Shown here one piece after another: positions 10,507 through 21,136 of a DNA stretch of 64,000 bases; position 1 is the first letter of the stretch, and each line of letters opens with the position of its first letter. The notes beneath the pieces are model-generated. The model saw nothing but the letters and a program-made list of their open reading frames with translations, had not been told where the DNA came from and did no database searches. The DNA is taken from positions 806,001-870,000 of the forward strand of contig CP060759.1 in assembly GCA_023205875.1 (NCBI GenBank), written 5' to 3'. This DNA comes from Chloropicon primus. Its lineage: Eukaryota. Position numbers and translations under genes: made by a program.

Positions 10507-11179
10507 CCTTGAATAGTCGACTCCACTCGACTCTGCCTCGAAAGAAAACCTTCTTCTTCTGTGCCGACGAGACAAAGAAACCAAAAAAACGAAAACGAAA
10601 AGGCGTCCGCGTTCGTGCTGAGGACGCGACCGACCGCTACCGGTTCACCGACTCCCTCGCTCGCGCGCTCCAAAGCTTGTCTGTCACTGTCTCGCTCGGC
10701 GCTGGATTGAAGATGGGACTGACTTCGTTTGTCTTTCTTCGAAAACCTCGCCGTCTCTTGAAAAAAAACCGAATGCCGTTTCGACCGTGAAAACACGGGA
10801 ATAGCACTAACAGGATTTGAATTCGACGCCATTTTTAAGGGTTTTGAGTTTGCACCCGTTTGCACGAGAAGTCTACGAGGAGTGAGAGCAAGGGACCAAA
10901 GGGCGCGAGCGAGCCACGCTCCCTGAGGATGGATGGAGGGATGGAGGGGATTGGGATTGCCCCAACCCAACCCCGCGCCAACCCGGGAGGGGGGAGGTGG
11001 ATCGCCGAGGATGTCATCCAATCCAGTCCGTGGCAGAAACCCAAACCACCCGAGACGCGGCGAGACGGGAAAATTTAGACCCCGTCGTCGGCCGGCAAGC
11101 AAACTCTGTCGTGTGCGTTACTACACGATTTCTTCCTTGCTTTGCCCGTCTCTGTCTCTTCCAAGGCCTTGCCTCTTGC

Positions 11180-12006
11180 TCAAGCCGCCTCTTTCAGGGC
11201 CTCCCTCGCCTCTTCCCGGATCGCGCCGATGAGCTCCGGATCCACCCTTATCCCGTCGTACTTTTCCGGGTCTTCCGTGGACCTCTCCAGGTCGCCCACG
11301 GAGTTTAGCAGCGTGTCGAGGAGGGCCCTGCGCCTCTCGTTCAGCTCGTCCATCTTCCCGACGTTTTCCCTGATGATCTCCGTTTCCATCCGCGTCTCCT
11401 CGATGTTCTTGTTGAGCTTGCTGCAGGAAGGGATCTGGACGATGGCCTCCTTGAGCTTCTCGCACTCGACGTAGAACGCCTTGACTTTCTTCGCGTCCTC
11501 GAGCTCGACCTTCTTCTCCTCGATCCGCCTGTTGATCTGCGAGGACGCGAGACCCCGCCCCACCCCCGAACAGACAGACAGACAAACAAAACAAGAAAAG
11601 CAACGAGAAAGAATCAGAATCAACCGTCGTCAGCAACCCAACCCAGCAAACACAGCAGTAGTCTCCAGAGAACGAAGACGAAAACACCGTGAGATCAACT
11701 CACCGCCTCGCTCTCCTCCCCAGACTTCTTCCTCAGGTCCTCGTACTGGTCCGTGTCGGTCTTGTGCGCCCTGCTCGCGTTCGAGAGCTTGGTGAACGAC
11801 AGCTCCAGCACGTCTATCGCGTTGTTCAGGTGCAGGAACTTCGCCTTGGCCTCCTCTTCGGACGCACCCTTCGAGCCCGGCCTCGCCGCACTCTCGAACG
11901 AGTAGTACGCCTTGCCGACGCTCTCGAGGGCCTCCTTCAGTGCCGTATTCCCCACCCTCTTCTCCATGCTCTCCTCCGTCTGCGTGATGTACTTCCCTCC
12001 CGCCAT
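11180..12006 (-). CDS. THOC7: THO complex subunit 7 (THOC7/Mft1)-like, 2 exons (12006-11704, 11536-11180)
   Basis: GTGAG..CAG intron keeps the frame; coiled-coil pattern LELSF...YE...IEEKKVELEDAKKV...ECEKLKEAI..IPS. Confidence 0.7.
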
Positions 12007-12274
12007 CTTGCACTGCACGAACACCTTGCCTCGGGTCTCTCCGCACCGATCTGGAAAACCCTTCTCCGCCGAGTGAGAGGCAACCCGTACTCGCGACCCG
12101 TACTTTCGCCGCGCCCTGCCCTCACCGCCCCTCCGTCGCCCACTCCGTCGTCAACACCCGCCACTTTTGTCCACAACCGGCGGAGGAGATCGATCGAAGC
12201 AGACCAGCAAGGAGAACCAAGTGTGTGCGTCATCGAGGAGGAGAGGAGAGGAGGGAGTTTGTTGGTGCGAGGGG

Positions 12275-13378
12275 ATGGGAACGATGGCGGTAGGGGTGGA
12301 GGGAGGGGGGAGGGGAATCGGGAGGACGTTCGGGATGGAGCGAGAATGGGCTTGGAAGGGTCGGGGGAGGGTTGCGCGGCGTGGGGAGGCCGGGGGGGCT
12401 GCTGGGGGAAGGCTTCGTCACCGTCACCCCTCCTCGTCCTCGTCCTGGCGCTGCGGTGCGTTCCGGGCGATGGACTCCCTCGTGCGGAACATCAACAGCG
12501 TGTTGGGATCTTCGGGGGACATGTATGCGAACCCCGAGGGGCAGGCGGAGGGCGAGGGGGCGGGGGAGGGAGGAAGCCGGGGCGCGTCGGTGTTGGATAC
12601 TACAGGGTACAAGCACGTGCGCATGAGAGTCAAGCTCGCGCAAAGGGTTTCCATCGAAGACGTGGCTCTGGACCCTGAGAAGCTCGCCCTGGTGCACAAG
12701 GGCCAACCAGGCAATGTGACCGAGTCCCTCCAATCGTACTTGGGCCTCCCCCTGGAAGAATATTCGGTGCTGGACCCTGCTTGGATCCAGCGCTTGGATG
12801 GCGCCGACAATGACACCTTTGTGCTGAAGGTTCCCCTGCGCGAAATGGTTGGCCTGGAGCTCCACCCCAGCCTGAGGGCGAGGGTGGAGACGACGACCTC
12901 GCAAGCGGGGACAGAGGACAGAGATGCGGGCGAAGGGGGGGAGAGGTCCAGGCCACGCCAACCGCCTCACCAACCGCAGATGGGAATATTTCAGAGGCAG
13001 CTCTCGAACAAGGTCACGATCCTTGGCGAAGAAACGAAGATGGGAAGCGCGATATTCGACGACCTCGTCGAAATATCCTTCACGCTGCACGTGATGCAGG
13101 TCGGGAACAGGATGCCGGGAACGGACTCAAGGAAGACTCCGAACAAGACTCACTTGAGGGGGGAGCTGCTGCTGGACGTCGAAGTAGACGTGCCTGCGCC
13201 CCTCAATAAACTCCCTATCAGGATTCTAAGGTCCGGCGGCGGAACGCTGATTCGACTCGTGATGCAGCGCATGCTGAGGGGTTTTTTGGCGGCTCTCGCA
13301 AGAGACTTCGAGTCGTGGTGCTGCAACGAAGCTCGAGACTCTGCTCCGCTTCATGACGAGGGCATTGTAGAAGATTAA
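12275..13378 (+). CDS. DUF1997-family protein, probably plastid-targeted
   Basis: LQSYLGLPLEEYSVLDPAWIQRL and LDVEVDVPAPL...FLAALARDFESW; Arg/Gly/Ser-rich N-terminus; start uncertain. Confidence 0.7.
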   Translation: MGTMAVGVEGGGRGIGRTFGMEREWAWKGRGRVARRGEAGGAAGGRLRHRHPSSSSSWRCGAFRAMDSLVRNINSVLGSSGDMYANPEGQAEGEGAGEGGSRGASVLDTTGYKHVRMRVKLAQRVSIEDVALDPEKLALVHKGQPGNVTESLQSYLGLPLEEYSVLDPAWIQRLDGADNDTFVLKVPLREMVGLELHPSLRARVETTTSQAGTEDRDAGEGGERSRPRQPPHQPQMGIFQRQLSNKVTILGEETKMGSAIFDDLVEISFTLHVMQVGNRMPGTDSRKTPNKTHLRGELLLDVEVDVPAPLNKLPIRILRSGGGTLIRLVMQRMLRGFLAALARDFESWCCNEARDSAPLHDEGIVED

Positions 13379-13422
13379 AGGGGAAAAAGATATTACTATT
13401 ACATCTGTAAAACACACAAAAC

Positions 13423-14594
13423 TCACTTTACATTAAAACTTGGCAGCCAGCCCGTGCAGATGTGAAGGTACGCGCCCGCCAGCTTCTCAATACACTTGCT
13501 GCACCGTTGAACCTGAGTTTTGAGCCAGGGGCAGGGGAAAGCAATTGTCAGCAAGGGAAACTAAGAGGTTCAGGGGGTCAGGGACTTACCAGGGGCTCGA
13601 AATCCAAAAGGTGCTCGATTTCTTTCATCTTCATCCGGGACACGTCGATGTGGTTCAGGAGAATGCTCATGAATCCGTTGGTCGACGCTGCGTCCCCCCT
13701 GTCGCAGTGCACGCTGTGTTCTATCCAGGACGCAGCATGCTTGAAGAGCATAAACGGTGCGTCTTTCTCCGCCTTCGCCCCCGCTTCGATCATGTGCCTC
13801 ACAACCTCGAATTGCGTGAAGTACCAAGCGGGCTTGCTGCTTTCAATCACTCGTCCGAGGCCGGCTTCCAAGCAGAAACGTTCGGCTTTCTTGTACAAGG
13901 TCCTGTCCATGCACGAGAAAGCGGTGTTCAGAACGTCCAAGCAGCTTTCTTCGGTGATAACCTCGCCCACGAACGATGAAATTGTGCGGCGCAGCTCTGA
14001 CGCCTGCCCGAACGTTCCCCTGAAGATGATGTCCCTCAGAGCTTGGCCGCCCTCGACGTCGGACAGCGACAGCTCGTGCTTCTCGCCGTACACGTACTCG
14101 AGAATAAGCGAGAGGCAGGGCGCGATGTTCGCCTTCTCGGAGAGCTTGCCAAAACCTGCTGGGTGCGTGGCCTGCTGCCTGTGAAAAGTGTTCAAGACGA
14201 GGCTGGCAGCAAGGACTTCATCCGAAGAGATTTGGCCTTCCAGCGCCGATGCGTTTTCGGGCGTCTGCAGCCCCCTCTTGACGCCCTCGATGCGGTTGCG
14301 AAGCGCACTGCCCCCCATGCTGGGCACCTTGCGCAGAAGCTGGGCGAGGACTTCCACTTTCCAAACATCGTCGATGAGCGAGGACACCGCGTGCCCCCAC
14401 TCCGTCCTCTCGGACTTCCAGCAAGCGGGCGTTCGCTTCGAGCCCGAGACGTGCTCCTGATGGCACGTCTTCTGCCTCTTCGTCCACCCCCCCTGGCCGT
14501 CGAAGCCAGCGTTCAAGTCTCGTGCGCCGAGCACGGCCGGCCCCCTCACCGTCGCCGTCGCCGTCGTCGCGTGGTGCATCCCGTCGTCCCTCAT
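13423..14594 (-). CDS. BTB/BACK-like protein, last intron 13589-13513
   Basis: LILEYVYG, ESCLDVLNTA...KKAERF, and the spliced tail HIDVSRM...FEPL|VQRCSKCIEKL resemble BTB-BACK; 5' structure uncertain. Confidence 0.5.
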
Positions 14595-15324
14595 TTTCCA
14601 ATTCCTTTCGCAAGCGACAAAAACCAAAGGGAAGTGCCTTCACCGCCGCAGGATATCGAGTCGAGACAGCAAGCTCCCACCTCGAGGTCCGGACTCCTCA
14701 ACGCTTCGTCGCCACCCGAGCGCTCAACTTCTTGCTCATCTGTCGCTCATGGCGGGGAATTCAAAACTGAATGGCGAATGGCGGGGGAGGAGGGATGGGG
14801 CATCTGGGAGACTTCGGAGTTTGCGGCGATGTGGGCGACGGGGACGACCAGAGTGGGAGCGATGGCGCGAATGGATGGGTGATTTAGGTCTTTCTGCTTC
14901 TTTGAAGACCTGGATTGAAGGGATTGGAGCACTGGTGAGGGGTTTTGGAGCGAAAATGCTTCCGATCACGAGGGGAGGGCGAGGGGCCGGAGCGGCGCGT
15001 GTCCGACTCCATCCATCCAAGTGCGGAGCTGGAGGGGAGGGGATGCAGGGGGACTGCACGCGATTTTTGGACTGGCCCGAGACACCGACACGCCACTCTT
15101 GCCGAGGCGTGGGCACGGGACGGGAGAAGACAGGAGGGGCGACGTCGGAACGAGCCGCGGCCCGAAGAAGACAAAAGAAAGGAGAATACAAGAACTCTTA
15201 CACACTCTTAAGACGAGTAAAAATCGTTAGCCAGGGCCCTCGCCAGGGCCCCGGGCTTCGCTTCCCAACGGGCGCGGCGACAGCCAGGGGGGCGGAGAGA
15301 CCCGGCAAACATCTAAACACTTCC

Positions 15325-16012
15325 TCAGATCTTCACCTCGACGTCCACGCCCGCGGGCAAGTCGAGGGCCATCAGTCCGTCAATCGTCTGCGCGGAGACG
15401 TTCTTCAGGTCTATGATGCGTTGGTGGGTCCTGATCTCGAACTGCTCGCGGGAGTCCTTGTTCACGTGAGGGGACTTCAAGATGGTGTACTTTCGTCTCC
15501 TCGTTGGCAGATACGCTGGTCCCGTCTTGTCGCAGCCGGTCCTATAGGCAACGTCCAAGATCGCCTCGACGGCCTCCTGCGCGGGGCATTGGCGGACAAG
15601 AGCAAAAGCGAGCAAAGAGACGCACACGAATTAGCAAAGGTCTCCGGACTTGTCGTTGGGACACCACGCCACGCCACGCCGCGCTCTCGGAAAAGCAGAC
15701 CGTGGCAAGGGCGAAAAAGAAAGCGAGCAGTCAGCGCAGACGCACCTGAAGTGGCTCGGAGCTGTAGCACTTGAGCTTTATCCTGAGCGTCGAGCGAGAC
15801 TCGACCTCCGCCTCGCTCGCTTCCGCAGCAGCAGCCGCCAAGACCACGCCCTCTCCTCTCACCGCGCGGTCGCACCCCCCCCTCCTCTGCTCTCTCCTCT
15901 TCTGCCCGGCCGCGCGAGCGGCGTGACCCCTGGCGGCACTCCGCCCTCCTGACGCGGCCCTCCTCGCCACCGCTCCCTCCCTCACGCTTCGGCTCAAGTT
16001 CGTCGCCACCAT
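15325..16012 (-). CDS. rps10: Organellar (probably plastid) ribosomal protein S10, 2 exons (16012-15746, 15576-15325)
   Basis: Transit-peptide-like N-terminus, LRIKLKCY, GPAYLPTRRRKYTILKSPHVNKDSREQFEIRTHQR; phase-0 intron. Confidence 0.92.
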
Positions 16013-16259
16013 CCTATCCTCACTCTCTCTCTCTCTCCGCTTTTCCCCTCAACGACCACAAGTTGCATTTAGCACTGGAGACAAGTGGATAAGGCTGCGT
16101 TTTGGATGTAAATAAAGGTGACACTGAAAAAACGAACTTCTCTTCCTATGAGCTTGGCTGGCTGGCTTGTAACGCTGCAAGGGTGATGATGATGAGAAGG
16201 ACCACAGGGTGACGTTGTTTGTATCTACAGCTTGCTTATATCTAGTCTCCTATGGCTTG

Positions 16260-16740
16260 TTTTGCTCTCCGCTACAATAATCTCCCACCTTACTCTTCCT
16301 GCTTGACCTTGACAATGGAAGGCCGTCTTGCTTCGTGTTCTCTTCGACGAGCGACGAGGAGCAGCTTTGCAGAGCCCGACCTCTTCGAGGTACTCTCTCT
16401 TCACAATATATTGTTCCTTGTCGCTCAGCTTAAGAGATGCGTCCGGGATCCTAAAAACCTAAAAACCAGGATCCAAGGAAGGACCAGTGAGTCAGCTTTC
16501 GATGGACCAAGACATGAATGCCGCTTTCTTTGTAACGTATGAGGTCTCGTGATGACGATGAGAAGAAGAAAAGGCAAATAATGGCACAGAGCTGAAGAGG
16601 GGGATGACGTTTTTACCTACGGTCTGCTTATCCAGTCTCTGGGCAGTCACAGAGACCACAGGGTAACATTTACAATCTACAGTTTGACCTCCCTTCTTTC
16701 TGTCTGGTCTGGTCTCAAAAGGCCTTGGCGCGTCTTTTTT
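16260..16740 (+). ncRNA. Candidate structured ncRNA (putative telomerase RNA); boundaries approximate
   Basis: No convincing ORF; CCTAAAAACCTAAAAACC at 16450-16467; nested complementary arms; T-runs at 16610-16614 and 16735-16740. Confidence 0.45.
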
Positions 16741-16785
16741 GAATATCAATACGTTATGGACTACACACTTCATCCCTTTTATTAG

Positions 16786-18175
16786 TCAAAAGTTGACTTG
16801 CTTGACCCCCTTTCCGTGGATGAACTTTGGGCTCGCGATGGTCAAAATATGTTGCTCCCCCTCCAGGGACCCCCTCACGATCTTGTTCAGGGAGGTGACG
16901 CCGGTCCAGGCCACGCCGTCCATGAATTGCAGGGCGCCGCTTCCGCCGGAGAGCCTGTCCTGGATTCGCCTGTCGATCTCGTCCACCGGCAGGGGCGCCT
17001 GGGCCTCTCCGTCCTTGAAGGCCATGTTCCAGCCCCAGCAGTCTGCGAAGGAGGGGATGTGCTGGAGGTACGGGATCACCTTGGGGAAAACGCTCGCGAG
17101 CGTCCTGTTGATAGGGGTGAACACCTCAGTGTGTGCGAGCACGCCCGCAGGCCCGCTCTGCGTGACAAAGATTCCACCAGGAGCAAGCTTGGCCTTCACA
17201 ATGTTCTCGTAAAACTCTTGGGTGTAGAGCTGGTAGCAAGGTCCCCCGAACACGGGGTCCGCCAAGTCCCCGATGATGACGTCGAACTCGCCGTCCTCTT
17301 GGCTGCGGCAGCGGGGGTCGGGCAAGAAGAAAGAGGAGGAGTCAGCGCGAGGAACCCTGGTTCGCGATCCGAGGAGAAGACGAAGAGGACGACGACGACG
17401 GTGATGGTGAGGACAGCTCCCGTTTCCGTCCCCGGCGGCGGGGGGAGGGGGAACAAGGAGAGACAGGAGGAGCAACGGCTACTACTCACTCTTCTAGCTG
17501 CGCCTTGGCGTCGTCAATAATGAGCTCCAGCCTAGGGTCCTTGAATGTGTCCTTGTTGTCCTCTAGATGCTTCTCGCAAAAATCGCAAACGACCTTGTCG
17601 ATGTCGACCATGACTAACTTCTCCACAGACTTGTGCTTCAGCACCTCCCTCGCAGTGGATCCCTCGCCACCTCCGCAGATGAAGACCTTCTTCGGGTTTG
17701 GGTGGTGGAGCATCGCGGGGTGCACCAGGCACTCGTGGTAAACCCTCTCGTCCGCCCCGGCGCTCTGCAACTTTCCGTCCAGGAGCAAAACCTGAGGAAC
17801 GAGAGGAGCAGAGAAGAGCAGAGTGGGATGATGGAGAGTTAGTGCCAAAGCCGCACACGGTCGCACACCTTCCGGACTTCCAGATCCCCCTTACCTTGCC
17901 GAAAGGCCCGGTCTCGAGCAGCTCCACATCCTGGAAGTCGCTGACTTCCGCGTGGAGGATCGACTTGACGCTGTAGAGCCACCTCAGGTCATCCTGTATC
18001 TCTTCCTCGAGCTGCGAAAAAGGTCGAAGCAGTCCACAAATTGGACGAAAGAAAGAAAGAAACCACCGCGCAAGCAATCCGTCAGTCGCGGTCTTCCGCG
18101 TGACCAACACAACCGCCGTCCACCTACCCAGAGCCTCTTTGCTCCCATGAGCTTCGCGCCGTTCTCGTCCGCCAT
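16786..18175 (-). CDS. ACL5: Thermospermine synthase (ACL5-like), 4 exons (18175-18128, 18011-17895, 17791-17490, 17302-16786)
   Basis: WLEEEIQDDLRW, LLLDGKLQSA, YHECLVHP, GGGEGSTAREVL, GDLADPVFGGPCYQLY; all introns GT-AG and frame-consistent. Confidence 0.88.
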
Positions 18176-18317
18176 CTCTCGGCCGCCGCCTGTATCTGCA
18201 AATACCATGGGAGAAGCGCTCCGCAGGTTTTTTTCTCTTTGGTGGGGAGGTGGCTGGAGAAGGATGGGATGATGGTGCTCTCCAGTTTCTCTAATGAATG
18301 AATGGCAATCGTTTTGT

Positions 18318-20432
18318 TTACACTTTGGGGGGGTTAAGGCCCATTAGCTTGTAGAAGAAGACTGTTATGTACAAGCAGACCAAGATGCAAGCAAGGCACA
18401 CCGGTCCAATTCTGTCGTCGAACTTGGTCGCGAGCCTTGCCTCCCTCTTTTGGATTTGCCTCGCCCTCCACAGGTAGAGGTAGCAGGCGTACGCGGCCAT
18501 GGCGATCGCGAGGGGCAGGGTGGCCAGGCCAATCACGTGGGCGTCCACGTCATCTGGGCCCGCCTGCCCGAGCATCGCTGAGGACACTCCCCCAAGTATG
18601 ATGCTCATGTGCGTCCACCTCAGGAAGGTGCGCTCGTTGGCAAAGCTGGTCTTCGGCTCGATGCGCATGGGAACCATTCTCGGCAGCTCCCTCCTCTTGA
18701 ACCTCGTGAAAGTCTTCTTCTTGCCAGGCGAATCCTTGGGCTGGTCCTCCTCCAAGATGTCCGTCTTGGAGTGCTCGCCCAGCAACGGGTGCAGCAGCTC
18801 GCTGCCCTCGCTATCATTCTGCGTCGTCTTCCCCCTGGACCAAAAGCTGCCTTTGGCGTCCTTGGCCATCCTGCGCTTGCTCAAGCTCGACTTCACGCTA
18901 TCGTCGCTCGTGACGATGGAGCTCGCCAAAATGGACTCCCTGATGCTCTCGTCGTCGATCCAGTACGGAACGGCCTGGACTTGGTCCGGCAAGAGGACGG
19001 CGCACCCGTGGATGAATTTGCTGAACTTGTGAACCTCGTGCAAGAGCCCGCTCTCGATGAGCTGGGTCACCCAAAGGGGGGCATCCTGGCCCTCCTCCAA
19101 GCTCAGCTTCACCTCGAGGACGGCGTGGGGGAACTTTGTGATCTCAGTCCTGGGCACGGGCAGCGTTGGATCCCTGAACCACCTGCCTGCTTCCATGCAA
19201 GAGTCACCGTGCTCCGGGTTTTCCCTGATCATGCACAAGTTCGTGTCCAAGGACACCCTCACGGTCGCGTCAAACGGTATCTGGAAAGCGACTCGCATGT
19301 ACTGCGTTCTCATGAGGGGGTGGAGCTGCTTCACGTCCACGACCTTTTGGACCTCCTCGAACAGCCCCTTGAACTTCTCGATCTCCTCTTCGGTCTTTCC
19401 TTTGGCCCGGAGAGCCTCGATGGCCTCCTTCACCTTGTACTCCCCCTTCAGGAAAGGTATCACGATTTCAGGCGGCAGGGTGAACCGCTCCTTCACGGAG
19501 ATTTCCCCCTTCCAGGACTCCTTGTGGGTCTTCCTCTCAATGAACGCGAGCTCGGGTTCTCCGAGGCCGTACCACCTTATTCGAAGAGCGATGGCTTGGG
19601 GCCTCTTCTCGAGCCGCCCGTGGTACAACTCCAGCTGGGAGTTGTCGAAGTAAGCCGAGTTGGTCAGCTGCGAGTCCCCCGAGAGGAGGTCCTGCCTCAC
19701 CTGGAAGACCGGCAGGTGCTGAAGAATCAGGTGCTTCACCTTGGACACGTCCTCCGTCTTCACCCAATACTTCCTGGTGCTCCTCACAAAGTCCTTGAGC
19801 TCCAAGTCCTGGGACTCCGGGACGACGTCGTCCCTCAGCTTGGAGTAGATTCGACTGAGCGTCACGAAGACCGCAGAGTAGTCTCCCTGGATCCACGGGG
19901 TCTGGTGGAGCCTCGCCATGTAGAACTGCCGCGCCGGGGTGGACGGCAGGTTCTTGTCGTGCTTCTTGAGAATCTTGTAGAACCCCGTGTAGTTTATGTT
20001 GATGTACTTCTCAAGGTCGAGGAAGGTATCCCCTATCTCCTTGGCCCGAACGTCCATGGCCTGGAGGCCCGTGCTGGGAGCGCCAGGAGACTTGTTGCGG
20101 ACGGCCACGTCAACCTCTCGCTCCAGCCTCTCCAGAAGCGCCTTGGACTGCTTGACCTGCATCGCGGTGAAGCTACCTATCTTCTCCACGTTCTTGTCGA
20201 TCTCCTTGAAAAAGTCCTCCTGGGTCACGTCCTTGGTCCCCAACTTCCCCGCGAAATTCGACGGCAGACCCTGCACCGTCAGGGAAGTCGTGTAGTGGCT
20301 GATGTCCCTCTGCGGCATCTGCAGCTCGGTCTTCGTCAGAGCCTTCACGATGGCCTTGAGCTTATCGTATTCGATGTAGTGCTCCTCCCACCCGGGCCGC
20401 ATATTCTGGGCCAAGTATTTGCCGAACTTCAT
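18318..20432 (-). CDS. VTC4: Vacuolar transporter chaperone 4 (SPX-VTC-DUF202), polyphosphate polymerase
   Basis: SPX MKFGK...YIEYDKLK...KILKKHDK; VTC domain RSTRKYWV, RIRWYG, ERKTH, AVLEVKL, KFSKFIHG; C-terminal EPKTSFANERTFL plus 3 TM. Confidence 0.95.
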   Translation of the reverse strand: MKFGKYLAQNMRPGWEEHYIEYDKLKAIVKALTKTELQMPQRDISHYTTSLTVQGLPSNFAGKLGTKDVTQEDFFKEIDKNVEKIGSFTAMQVKQSKALLERLEREVDVAVRNKSPGAPSTGLQAMDVRAKEIGDTFLDLEKYININYTGFYKILKKHDKNLPSTPARQFYMARLHQTPWIQGDYSAVFVTLSRIYSKLRDDVVPESQDLELKDFVRSTRKYWVKTEDVSKVKHLILQHLPVFQVRQDLLSGDSQLTNSAYFDNSQLELYHGRLEKRPQAIALRIRWYGLGEPELAFIERKTHKESWKGEISVKERFTLPPEIVIPFLKGEYKVKEAIEALRAKGKTEEEIEKFKGLFEEVQKVVDVKQLHPLMRTQYMRVAFQIPFDATVRVSLDTNLCMIRENPEHGDSCMEAGRWFRDPTLPVPRTEITKFPHAVLEVKLSLEEGQDAPLWVTQLIESGLLHEVHKFSKFIHGCAVLLPDQVQAVPYWIDDESIRESILASSIVTSDDSVKSSLSKRRMAKDAKGSFWSRGKTTQNDSEGSELLHPLLGEHSKTDILEEDQPKDSPGKKKTFTRFKRRELPRMVPMRIEPKTSFANERTFLRWTHMSIILGGVSSAMLGQAGPDDVDAHVIGLATLPLAIAMAAYACYLYLWRARQIQKREARLATKFDDRIGPVCLACILVCLYITVFFYKLMGLNPPKV

Positions 20433-20575
20433 GGTGGCGCTGCTACGGATACCAGTCTAAGTCTAAAGAGCAAGAAAATGCGAGCGACGGACCGAATGCC
20501 CCTAAAACTCGTGCCCCTCCCCGTGTTACCCCACAAGCTCCTGCCCAGCACCCTCGTCGCTTGGGTCTCCTCGCC

Positions 20576-21136
20576 AGCCCCTCGAGGCTCCAAACCAGTC
20601 AAGCGACGGACCAAACGAAAGGTCTTGAGACGCACTTTCGCTTTGGCGACTCCCGCGACGCCCCGGTCTCCCTTCCCCGTGCACAAAACCCTCGCCACGA
20701 CGATTGTCTCCGCCGGCGCCCTCGCCAGCTCACCTTGTGGTTCTGTTCGGACGAATTTTTCCACAGGAGTTGACAGTGGCGTCGACCTAAACCGACCAAG
20801 GCAAGTGCGCCGCGGTAGCGACGACGAGGGCGACGAGAGGAGGTAGGCCAGGTCGATCCGTCCGTCCGAGCTCTTGAACCTCGCCTCGCTCGAAAGAATT
20901 TGGGGTCAGAGGATTGGAGAGAGAGGGAGAGAGAGAGACTGACACAAACGTTTTGTTTTGTTTTGTTTTTGGTGGGTGTTCTTTTGATACTTTGATACTC
21001 ATGTTCACTTGACAGGCGAGGGTTTTGTGCACGGGGAAGGGAGACCGGGGCGTCGCGGGAGTCGCCAACGCGGAAGGTGCGTCTCAAGACCTTTCGTTTG
21101 GTCCGTCGCTCGACTGGTTTGGAGCCTCGAGGGGCT
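20576..21136. repeat. Inverted repeat, arms 20576-20696 and 21015-21136 (about 121 bp, about 4 differences)
   Basis: Arm 2 GGCGAGGGTTTTGTGCACGGGGAAGGGAGACCGGGG...GGAGCCTCGAGGGGCT is the reverse complement of arm 1. Confidence 0.95.

Noticed and set aside
11110..11182. Possible TGA readthrough or frameshift extension of THOC7
   Set aside because: The protein is already of plausible length, no SECIS or redox motif was seen, and the extension is unsupported.
14595..15324. Overlapping ORFs between the BTB-like gene and rps10
   Set aside because: Low-complexity translations with no consistent splice model; probably UTR/promoter or unresolved 5' exons.
16252..16542. 96-aa ORF across the candidate ncRNA
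   Set aside because: It lacks the GC3 codon bias of real genes here and has no recognisable domain.
20399..20406. P1BS-like GCATATTC (GNATATNC) near the VTC4 start
   Set aside because: It is a single degenerate 8-mer inside coding sequence and is expected by chance.
18609..20846. Long antisense ORFs (745 aa here; similar ones at 34222-35964, 57929-59959 and 26550-28091)
   Set aside because: These are shadows of GC3-rich real genes on the other strand, with no recognisable motifs.
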